Positions 8,349-16,700 of a stretch of DNA of 28,550 nucleotides are shown here, piece after piece; the first letter of the stretch is position 1; each line of letters starts with the position of its first letter. Made by a program: the position numbers and the translations under genes. Source of the DNA: a virus (lineage: Duplodnaviria > Caudoviricetes); IMG/VR virus record IMGVR_UViG_3300049182_000174, positions 1 through 28,550 of that record. One strand, given 5' to 3'. The notes beneath the pieces were generated by a model that saw only the letters and a list, made by a program, of their open reading frames with translations, searched no databases and had not been told where the DNA came from.

Positions 8349-9683
8349 ATGAAACGAAGTGTATTCGGCGTACCGGTGCGTGCAGCTGTACTGATGGCCC
8401 TGGCAGTTAGCGCAGGCCTGGCGCAGGCATGCGGTGTAGATGTGCAAGCAATGTTCGGCGGCCCGGAGGCAATGAGCGGCCTGGGCATGTCCGCTGCCTT
8501 GCTGATGTCCGGCGAGATTGATGCTCAGAACATCATGAAGGCGCTGGACGGCATTGAGGCAAAGATGACCTCTCTCTCCGACAAAGCGACGGAGGAAATC
8601 AAGAGCCTCGGCAAGGTCAGCTCCGACACGAAAACTGCCCTCGACAACTTGGGCGTCGAGCAGCGCGCGCTGGCTGATCGGCTGCTGCAGCTGGAGCAAA
8701 AGGGCGCGGCGATTAAAGACGACGAACCCGCTGACGAAAGCGTGGGCTCGTTGTTCACCAAGCACGCAAATTACGAGACCTTCTGCAAGCAGGACGGCCG
8801 CGTCAAGACTCGCGTGGAGGTGAAGAATACCGTGACCAACACGGTCGGGAACACCTTCTCCGAGCGCCGGCCATCGATCATCGAAGGCGCCTTCCGCGTA
8901 TTCACGCTGGAAGACCTGATGACGAAGATCCCAACGACCAGTAATGCTATCGACTGGGTGCGCGAGAACGTCTTCACCAATGCCGCAGCCGAAACGACCG
9001 AAGGTTCGGCTATGCCGCAATCCTCGATCACCTTTACGCCCGGCACCATGCCGGTGTCGACCGTAGCGCACTGGATCAAGATCTCGCGCCAGTTGGCTAT
9101 GGACAACGCAGCGCTGGCTGCGTACATCAACCGCCGCATGGTCTACGGGGTCAATCTGCGTGTCGAGAACCAGATCATCGCCGGCAACGGCGCTTCGCCG
9201 AACATTTCCGGCTTGACGGTCGCCGGCAACTTCGTTGCCCATGGCTACACCGCCGCGTCCCTGACTGCGCTGGGCCTGGCGAACAACCGCTTCGATGTGA
9301 TTGGCAAGATGATCGGCGATTGCGCGGCGGCGGACAATCCTGCTGAGGTCATCATCTTGAATACTGCGGACTGGTGGACTCTGCGCCTGGCAAAAGACAA
9401 CACTGGCCGCTATCTGCTGGGCGATCCTGGAGCAAACGTTGTACCGATGCTGTTCGGCCTGCCAGTGGTCGCCAGCACCGCCATGGCGGCCGGCAAGGTC
9501 TGGGTGGGTGCGCTGCGCCAAGCCGTGACATTGCACTACCGCGAAGGTATCGCCCTGGACCTGTCCGATTCGGACGGCGATAACTTCACCAGTGGCCTGG
9601 TGACGATCCGCGCTGAACGCCGCCTGGCGCAAACCGTGGACAAGCCAATCGGTTGCCGCTACGGCGACCTGGTACCTGCCTAA
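8349..9683 (+). CDS. Major capsid protein, HK97 fold, with a hydrophobic N-terminal extension
   Basis: Coiled-coil delta domain, TEGSAMPQS, VAHWIKISRQLAMD, DNTGRYL, LFGLPVV, VTIRAERR; GAAAGG RBS. Confidence 0.96.
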   Translation: MKRSVFGVPVRAAVLMALAVSAGLAQACGVDVQAMFGGPEAMSGLGMSAALLMSGEIDAQNIMKALDGIEAKMTSLSDKATEEIKSLGKVSSDTKTALDNLGVEQRALADRLLQLEQKGAAIKDDEPADESVGSLFTKHANYETFCKQDGRVKTRVEVKNTVTNTVGNTFSERRPSIIEGAFRVFTLEDLMTKIPTTSNAIDWVRENVFTNAAAETTEGSAMPQSSITFTPGTMPVSTVAHWIKISRQLAMDNAALAAYINRRMVYGVNLRVENQIIAGNGASPNISGLTVAGNFVAHGYTAASLTALGLANNRFDVIGKMIGDCAAADNPAEVIILNTADWWTLRLAKDNTGRYLLGDPGANVVPMLFGLPVVASTAMAAGKVWVGALRQAVTLHYREGIALDLSDSDGDNFTSGLVTIRAERRLAQTVDKPIGCRYGDLVPA

Positions 9684-9693
9684 TCGCCAACCC

Positions 9694-9725
9694 GGCTGGC
9701 CTGGCGAAACAGGCTGGCCATTTTT
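9694..9725 (+). terminator. Intrinsic terminator after the capsid gene
   Basis: GGCTGGCCTG-GCGAAA-CAGGCTGGCC (two G-U pairs) then ATTTTT. Confidence 0.75.
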
Positions 9726-9741
9726 GTGCAGACGTCTGCAC
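9726..9741. repeat. Perfect 16-bp palindrome GTGCAGACGTCTGCAC, copy 2 of 3
   Basis: Extends to 18 bp (9725-9742); sits between the terminator U-tract and the AGGAG RBS of the next gene. Confidence 0.95.
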
Positions 9742-9752
9742 AGGAGAACAGA

Positions 9753-10007
9753 ATGAACCAGGTCAAAGTGAAGATCCTGAAAACCACGATCACGGCAGAG
9801 TATGGGACACTGGTCGAGGGCGCGCAACTGCGCACCTCGTCTGACTTCGCAGCACACCTCGTCGACGACTGCGGTGCTGCGGAATACGTAACTGACGCGG
9901 CCCCGACTGCAGACGATAGTGGCGAGGAAAACAAGGGCGCGGGCAACAGTACGGCCCCGGAAGTGCCTAAACGCGCAGCTCGTCAACAGAAGGCGGCGGA
10001 CAAATGA
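9753..10007 (+). CDS. Small capsid-adjacent hypothetical protein (84 aa)
   Basis: AGGAG RBS; VKVKILK...GTLVEG...AAHLV...AAEYV with a basic tail, typical of the gene following HK97-like capsids; ATGA overlap with the next gene. Confidence 0.75.
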   Translation: MNQVKVKILKTTITAEYGTLVEGAQLRTSSDFAAHLVDDCGAAEYVTDAAPTADDSGEENKGAGNSTAPEVPKRAARQQKAADK

Positions 10008-10561
10008 GCTTCGTGCGAACTGCGGCGCCAACCGTCCTGCCCGTCGACGTTCGCACCGCAGCTGAAAACATGGGCGTAGATGGCACTGACCTGGACGCCC
10101 GCATCGAAGGATGGCTAAAGGGTATCACTGCTGCCCTCGAACGACGTATCGGTCAATGCCTGATGCTCCAAAGCTGGGAAGGAACCTTCGGTGGCTTCTA
10201 TCCAGAATTCCGACTGCCGCACCCTGTCTTGGATGTTGTGAGGGTCGAGTACACCGATCCGGATGGGACATTGCGTCAACTTGCCGTCGGCGATTACCGG
10301 CTGGTCCGCCAAGAGTACGACACCTACTTGCGCCCAGCGGTTGGGCGGCAGTGGCCGGCAACTATTGCCGCCGATGGAGCAGTCGTCATCACCGTCAAGT
10401 GCGGCTACGGCGAAGACTCATCGAAAACCCCGGACGATCTTCGTCTGTACCTGTTGGCGAAGCTTGGCGAGCAGTTTGATCCTTCGACAGGTGCGGAGCG
10501 CGAGAATGTGCACACAAGCTTTGTCGAAAGCCTGCTCGATCCCTACCGGAGGTTCGATTGA
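10004..10561 (+). CDS. Head-tail connector (gp6/gp15-like)
   Basis: TAAPTVLPV..., EYTDPDG, ITVKCGYG...PDDLR, LLDPYR; gene position. Confidence 0.88.
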   Translation: MSFVRTAAPTVLPVDVRTAAENMGVDGTDLDARIEGWLKGITAALERRIGQCLMLQSWEGTFGGFYPEFRLPHPVLDVVRVEYTDPDGTLRQLAVGDYRLVRQEYDTYLRPAVGRQWPATIAADGAVVITVKCGYGEDSSKTPDDLRLYLLAKLGEQFDPSTGAERENVHTSFVESLLDPYRRFD

Positions 10562-10899
10562 TGAATCTGGCGCGGGAGCTGAATAAGCGCATAACAATCC
10601 AGCGCAAATCTGTCGCGAAGGACAGTTACGGCGGCAACGTGGAAAGTTGGCCCGTGGTTGCCGAGGTGTGGGCCGGCGTGGCTCCGCCGTCGCTTACCAG
10701 GCGGCGACAGACTACGCAGGGCGGCGAAGAATCGATCGCGACGGTTCCGGTCAAGGTGCGGTTCGGGGTCAACGTCGAGGTTGATGATCGAATCATTTTT
10801 CGCGGTGCAGCGTATGAGGTAAAGCATGTCGAGAACGTCGGATTCGATAACCGGGTGTTGATCCTAACTTGCGTGTCGCTCCCATTGGGGGCGTTCTGA
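10558..10899 (+). CDS. Head closure/stopper protein (SPP1 gp16-like)
   Basis: LNKRITIQ...DSYGG...W..VAEVWA...DDRIIFRG..YEV. Confidence 0.9.
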   Translation: MMNLARELNKRITIQRKSVAKDSYGGNVESWPVVAEVWAGVAPPSLTRRRQTTQGGEESIATVPVKVRFGVNVEVDDRIIFRGAAYEVKHVENVGFDNRVLILTCVSLPLGAF

Positions 10900-11417
10900 T
10901 GTTGAATAACCTATCAGGGTTGGCTGAGCTGCGCGGCGCATTCCGTAGCCTCGGCGCCGACATGCACCTCCGTACTTCCCGGCTGATGGTTGCTGCAGCT
11001 GGCGGCGTGCTTCGCAAGGAAGCGCGCTCTCTGGCGCAAGCGCAAGGCTTGCGCCTCACCGGGGCGCTGATCCAGAACATCGTAATCAAGCGCGAGCGAA
11101 CGCCTGCTGGCGTCGCTCAGTACAACTTGGGCGTGCGGCATGGTCGCGCGATGGGCAGGAACTCGCCGAAGAAGCTGGTGGTGGGTAAGAACGGCCGCGT
11201 GACCAGCGTGTATGTCAACGATCCCTTCTACTGGTGGTTCCTGGAGAAGGGGCGAAACGTGTATGCAGGTAATGGCCGGCGAAAACGTGGAGGTGCGACC
11301 AGGCGCGTGGACGCGACGCCATTCATTGCTCCGGGCCTGGAGAACCGCCAGCAGGATGCAATCGACGCCATGGCGCGGCGGCTTGAGGCTGCGATAAGGA
11401 GGGCAAACGCCAAATGA
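10899..11417 (+). CDS. HK97 gp10-like neck/tail completion protein
   Basis: GLAEL...TGALIQNI...PFYWWFLEKG...ATPFIAPG; TGATG overlap. Confidence 0.88.
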   Translation: MLNNLSGLAELRGAFRSLGADMHLRTSRLMVAAAGGVLRKEARSLAQAQGLRLTGALIQNIVIKRERTPAGVAQYNLGVRHGRAMGRNSPKKLVVGKNGRVTSVYVNDPFYWWFLEKGRNVYAGNGRRKRGGATRRVDATPFIAPGLENRQQDAIDAMARRLEAAIRRANAK

Positions 11418-11758
11418 CCGTAGACGAAATTGTGTACGCCGCGCTGCTGGCGGTGCTGCAAAACACACATTCGGTGGAGCTGCCAGATAGACCAACCTGG
11501 CCGGCTCTCGTGTTCGAAGTGAATTCGACGCCAGAGCCGGGCTGGGTGCTGGGTGGTGGATACGATCAGCACGACATCGTGGTGACGACGCTCGCGCGCA
11601 GCAAGCGCGAGATCCATGAGTTGAAGCCGCAGATCCGGTCGGCCATGGAGGCGCTTGAGGGCTTCATGGGCGACGAATTCTCGGGCGACGCTGACTTCCA
11701 GGGCGAGGCAGGGGTGTACGCCTACGTCCAGAACTTCCGGCTCCGCACGCGACGATAA
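11414..11758 (+). CDS. Tail terminator/completion protein (DUF3168-like)
   Basis: Size, position and the LP...WPALVF pattern; ATGA overlap. Confidence 0.75.
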   Translation: MTVDEIVYAALLAVLQNTHSVELPDRPTWPALVFEVNSTPEPGWVLGGGYDQHDIVVTTLARSKREIHELKPQIRSAMEALEGFMGDEFSGDADFQGEAGVYAYVQNFRLRTRR

Positions 11759-11778
11759 CGCGCAGCAGAACATCAACC

Positions 11779-11805
11779 AGGCCCGTTAGCGGGCCTTTTT
11801 CTTTT
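11779..11805 (+). terminator. Intrinsic terminator
   Basis: AGGCCCG-TTAG-CGGGCCT followed by TTTTCTTTT. Confidence 0.8.
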
Positions 11806-11815
11806 GGAGAGCGAA

Positions 11816-11998
11816 ATGAAAACGAAGACAGCCGCAGAACCTGCGGCTATCCCGGCGCCGCCGGCGACGGACCCTTATGCCGGCAAAGGCGGCAGCTACA
11901 CGCTGGACCCCGCGACAGGTGCGCGCGTTCCCAGCCAGGAAACGCAGGAATTCCACAAGAACGAAGGAAAGGTGAGCAATGAGCAAGAAAACTCGTAA
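11816..11998 (+). CDS. Small hypothetical protein preceding the tail tube (60 aa)
   Basis: GGAGA RBS; DPYAGKGGSYTLDPATGARVP motif; overlaps the tail tube start by 20 nt. Confidence 0.6.
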   Translation: MKTKTAAEPAAIPAPPATDPYAGKGGSYTLDPATGARVPSQETQEFHKNEGKVSNEQENS

Positions 11999-12911
11999 CG
12001 CGGTGCTTCTGGTCAAACTGCAGCCCGTCGCCGGTACCGACGCGGAGCCGACCGGCGCGGCAAACGCGATCATGGCGATGAACATTTCCGCTCAGCCGGT
12101 GTCGGCCGAGTTTGCAAAGCGCAACAATATCAAGCCCTACCTGGGCAATATGGGTAGCGTTCCTGTCGCGATTCATGCCGAGATCAGCTTCGAAGTGGAG
12201 CTGGCCGGCGCTGGTGCCGCCGGGACCGCACCCAAGTATGGGGTCCTCCTGCGGGGCGCTGCCTTCAGCGAAACCATCACGGCCGGAACCAGCGTGGCTT
12301 ACGCGCCGGTATCGAACTCGATGGAGTTCGTGACGCTGCACTACAACCTCGATGGCGTGCTGTACAAGATGACTGATGCGAAGGGCACGGTCAGCTTCGA
12401 GCTGAACGCCAAGGGTATTCCGGTCATGAAGTTCAAATTCATCGGCCTGTATAGCACGCCGACCGACGCTACGCTGCCTGTTGGCGTTGATTACTCGGGC
12501 TTCAAGGACCCCGCGGCGGTGAACAAGCAAAACACCCCAACGGCATCGCTGCATGGTGTTCCCGGCAAGGTGCAGAGCATCAGCGTGGATATGGCGAATC
12601 AGCTGGTTTACCGCAATCTGATCGGTGTCGAAGGCATCGAAATCCCGGATCGCCAGCCTACCGGCTCTTTCGTGATGGAACTCGATACGGTCGCCACCAA
12701 GGACTGGTACACGACGATCGAGAAAGGCACGCTGGGCACCCTGTCCGTAATCCACGGCAAGACCGCCGGCAACATCGTTGAACTGGCGGCGCCGAAAGTG
12801 CAAGTTCTGGACCCGTCGTTCAGCGATAGCGATGGCATTGTGATGCTGACCACGAAGCTGGATATCCAACCCAACACTGGCAACGACGAGCTCGTCCTGA
12901 CCGTCCGCTAA
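11979..12911 (+). CDS. Major tail tube protein
   Basis: 310 aa; YGVLLRGAAF, FEVELAGAG..GTAP, IHGKTAGNIVEL; precedes the chaperones and TMP and is followed by a terminator. Confidence 0.88.
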   Translation: MSKKTRNAVLLVKLQPVAGTDAEPTGAANAIMAMNISAQPVSAEFAKRNNIKPYLGNMGSVPVAIHAEISFEVELAGAGAAGTAPKYGVLLRGAAFSETITAGTSVAYAPVSNSMEFVTLHYNLDGVLYKMTDAKGTVSFELNAKGIPVMKFKFIGLYSTPTDATLPVGVDYSGFKDPAAVNKQNTPTASLHGVPGKVQSISVDMANQLVYRNLIGVEGIEIPDRQPTGSFVMELDTVATKDWYTTIEKGTLGTLSVIHGKTAGNIVELAAPKVQVLDPSFSDSDGIVMLTTKLDIQPNTGNDELVLTVR

Positions 12912-12929
12912 GCACCCACATCCCCCCCA

Positions 12930-12958
12930 GGGCCCGCAAATAGCGGGCCTTTTCTATT
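12930..12958 (+). terminator. Intrinsic terminator
   Basis: GGGCCCGC-AAATA-GCGGGCCT followed by TTTCTATT. Confidence 0.8.
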
Positions 12959-12979
12959 CATAAAAAAGGAAACCGCAAC

Positions 12980-13306
12980 ATGGCATTCAAGATCGCACTG
13001 ACCCCAACCTATCGCGTAAAAGTGGCGGTGGAAGTACCCAACGAAAACGGTCGTAACGATAAGTCGGAATTCACCGTCGAATACAAGCGCGTGTCGATGG
13101 AACGCGTTGACGAGCTGCGCAAGCTGCCGCAGATCGACGTGCAGCGCGCCGTTGTGGTCGGCGTCTCCGGCCTGGTCGATGGTGACGGCACCGAAGTCCC
13201 GTTTAATCCGGCCACGCTGGAAGCGCTGCTGGCGATTCCTCATGCCCTGTTCGCCATGGCGGACGCCTTCTGGGGCTCGATCTACAAGGCGAAGGAAAAA
13301 AACTGA
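12980..13306 (+). CDS. Tail assembly chaperone (gpG analogue)
   Basis: Between tube and TMP; ends AKEKN* on the slippery sequence A-AAA-AAC. Confidence 0.88.
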   Translation: MAFKIALTPTYRVKVAVEVPNENGRNDKSEFTVEYKRVSMERVDELRKLPQIDVQRAVVVGVSGLVDGDGTEVPFNPATLEALLAIPHALFAMADAFWGSIYKAKEKN

Positions 13307-13689
13307 TCGAGGCGGCCCGGTATTGGGCTGGTGAGCGGCCGCCTGCTCGCCAGATCGATACCGATGTCGTCGATCAGCTCAGGGCGCTGGAGGCTCCGGC
13401 CGACGTGATCGCCATGGCGGAAGCGGCGGCGTCGACTTCCAATGCGGCGGACGAGGACTTCCTGGTCTTCGAGGAGAACTGGCAGGCAGTGAGCGTCTTC
13501 ACCGCGCTGGCAACCCAATGGAAGCTCATTGCCGGCGCCGCCGACGCCTTATATGTGGGCCTCGACTATGTCTCGCTCGAAGCAGTTTTTCGCCTTGAGC
13601 AGGTGCCAGCTACAGAGTGGCGTTCGGTCTTTCAAGACCTACGCGTCATGGAGCGCGCCGCGTTGCCCGTTCTTAACGAGCGCTCCTAG
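13297..13689 (+). CDS. gpT-like portion of the G-T chaperone (DUF1799-like), reached by -1 frameshift
   Basis: The -1 frame is open from the slip site (KKLIEAARYWAG...) to TAG 13689; ENWQAVSVF..LATQW...GLDY...LRVMERAAL. Confidence 0.85.
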   Translation, partial: KKLIEAARYWAGERPPARQIDTDVVDQLRALEAPADVIAMAEAAASTSNAADEDFLVFEENWQAVSVFTALATQWKLIAGAADALYVGLDYVSLEAVFRLEQVPATEWRSVFQDLRVMERAALPVLNERS

Positions 13690-13736
13690 CCTTACACCCA
13701 GCCCGACAGAGGGCACACTTCTTCATTGGAAATCCC

Positions 13737-16700
13737 ATGTCTGCACTTGGATCGTTGGTGGTCAAACTCGCGCTGGAATATGCGGAGTATACGAAAGGTC
13801 TGGACAAGTCCGACCAGGCAGCACTGAAGTTCGCCCAGCGTGCGCAGCAGCATTTCGATACCGCTGCGAGCGCTGGTAAGGACTTCATGAGCAGCATGGT
13901 CACAGGCGCCGTTGGCGCTGTGGCGGCCGTCATCTCGGTTAACGCCGCACTGGATTCGCTGAATCGTTCGGTGGACAACCTCGCACAGCTAGACGACCTG
14001 AACCAAAAGACCGGTGCATCGGTCGAAAACCTCTCGCGACTGCAGCAAGTCGCCAGCGCCTTCGGTCACGACTTCGCCGGCGTTGACAGCGCTCTGGCGA
14101 AGCTGGCCAAGGGCATGGCGGCCGTCGATGACGACAGCAACAAGACCAACAAAGCGCTCCGGGCGCTCGGTGTTTCCGCGAAGGATTCCGCCGGCAAGCT
14201 GCGCGACCCCTCGGAGGTATTCGTGGAGGCTGCAAAGCGCCTCGCCGGCTACGAAGACGGCGCCGCCAAGGCCGCCCTGGTGACGGACCTGCTTGGTAAG
14301 TCGGGTGCGGACCTGCTGCCTTACATGAACGACGTAGCGGAGAGCGTCGACAAGTTCCAGGGTGCGAGCGCCGAAGCTGCTGCAAATGCGTCGAAGTTCC
14401 AGGATCAGTTGGGCATGACGCGCGCCAAGTTCGAAGCGCTGGTGTCGCAGATTGCTGCCGGCGCATTGCCGGCAATGAACGACCTGGTGGAGGTCTTCAC
14501 TGAATCCGCCGGCAAGGCGAATGACCTGGCCGGCAGCGATGTGACGAACTGGGCCGACGATCTGGCGGTTGGACTTGCGCGTGTTGTAGACGTGGCGCAG
14601 CTGCTGCCGCGACTGTTCTCGGCCATCAGTGGCAGCTTCAAGGTGGTAGGGGCCGACATCAGCTTCGCCGCCGAGGTCATGGAGAACGCAAATCCGGTGG
14701 CAGTAGCCAGGAAGGTCGCGCTAGGTGGCGATCCCATTGCTGACATTCGTAAAGCCCTGGCAGAGCGCAACGCGGTGCTGGAGGATGCGAACAAGAAGTG
14801 GGACGACCTCTGGAACAAACCGGCCAATGAATTGGAGCAGGCGATGCTTAAGCGCATCGCAGACCGGAAGTCGGCGGGTGCTAGCGCTCCAGCCGGCGAC
14901 GGCGGTGGCGCCAAAGCTGGCTTGTCTTACGGCTCGAAGGACAGCGGCGGCTCGTCGCCATCCCAAGTGCGGGGCGACTACGAGGGTTTGAACAAGGCCC
15001 TGCAGCAGCGCCTGGCGCTGGCCGAGCGTGAAATCGCGCTTGGTCGTTCGCTAAGCGCCTCCGAAAAGGAGCTTGCGGGCATCATTCGCGGTCGTGCGGA
15101 GGGCACGGTCAAATTGACAGACGACGAGTTCGCCCTGCTGGCCGCCGGATTGGCACAGCTGGATGCAGATCAACGCATTATCGCCGGCCGCGAAAGCCTC
15201 GCTGCGCTGAACAAGCAGCTCGCCGCTGATAGCGCCAAGGCGGTACAAGACGCCATCAACGAGGCGGTGCGAAATGAAGCGCTGGCAGAAAGTATTGGCC
15301 TGACGACCGCCGAGATCGAGTCGGCGGGGCTGGCGCGGCTGGAAGCTCAACTGGCCCAGCGCTCCGACCTGGGCTTGACCCTGGATGAGATCCAGGCATT
15401 GGAACGCCTCATCGATGCCAAGCGCCGAAGCAGCGCTGCGGCATCAAGGGTGGAAGAGCGGCAAGCGGCCAAGAAGAGCTTGGACGAGCTGAATGCGTTC
15501 CTTGATCCTGCCAAAGCCAAGAGCTTCGGCAATGCGCTGCGTGATGCCTTCGGCACTGCCGGCGGCGCCATGTCGAAATTGACCAGCACGCTGGAGGACT
15601 TTGGCCAGCGCCAGGCGGAGATTGCCAAGCAGCGGGGCAACGCTGCCAATGCCTACCTGAATGGCTTGGTCACCGAGAAGAAGTATATGGAGGACATGGC
15701 CGCGCTGAGCGACATGGAAACCAAGAACCGCTTGGCCGGCTATGGTGACATGGCCAGCGCAGCGGCCGGCTTCTTCGGAGAGCAGAGCAAGGGTTATCAA
15801 GCCCTGATGGCGGTATCGAAGGTGTTCCATGCGGCGGAGCTGGCAATGACGTTGGCGGAGCTGGTGCCGAAAGGTATTGCCGCCGTCCTGAACCAGGGTA
15901 CCGGTGACCCGTATACCGCGTTCGGCCGAATGGCCGCCATGGCAGCGATTGTCACGGGACTGGGTGTCGCAATTGGCGGTGTAGGCGGTGGTGGTGGCGG
16001 ACAGTCGGCAAAGGATCGCCAGGCCGCAGTGGGCTCGGGCTCTGTATTGGGTGACAGCAAAGCAAAATCCGATTCCATTGCTGAGGCCATGGAACTCCTG
16101 GCCGACAACTCGGACATCGAACTTAGTCACACAGCTGGAATGCTGGATGCTCTGCGCAGTATCGAGAGCAATATCGCCGGCCTCGGGAATCTGCTGGTGC
16201 GCAGCGGAACTCTGACTGGCGACCTATCGCCGGGCAGCAAGGGCGGCGCAGAGGAGTTTGGCAATTCGACGCTGGGTGTTGCGCTGACCGGCGGGGTGAT
16301 TGGTCTCGCCCTGGACAAGATGACTGGCGGTTTCGTCAGCAAGGTTCTCGGAAAGACGATGGGGGCTGTGTTTGGTGGCAAGGTCACTACCGTAGACACT
16401 GGTCTGACGGCGGACCGGGCATCCTTAAGCAGCATTCTTGCGGATGGCTTCAAGGCGAGTCAGTACACCGAGACGAAGAAGGATGGTGGCTGGTTCCGCA
16501 GCGACAAGGTCAGCGTCACGAAATCTGACCTGGGGGCGGAGGCGAATGATCAGTTCACCAAGATCATCGCCAGCCTGGCCGGTAGCATCCAGGAGGCAGG
16601 CAAGCTCTTAGGCATCAACGGGGACGCGTTTACCGACCAACTGAACTCATTCGTCGTCGATATCGGCTTGATTTCGCTAAAAGACCTGAAGGGAGAGGAT

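Noticed and set aside
8202-10031. 609-aa minus-strand ORF opposite the capsid gene
   Set aside because: Shadow ORF expected from GC-rich codon bias; no motifs, and it spans several well-supported plus-strand genes and terminators.
9908-13746. Half-sites of the palindrome (TGCAGACG at 9908, GTCTGCAC at 13739)
   Set aside because: Only 8-bp matches inside coding sequence; compatible with chance.
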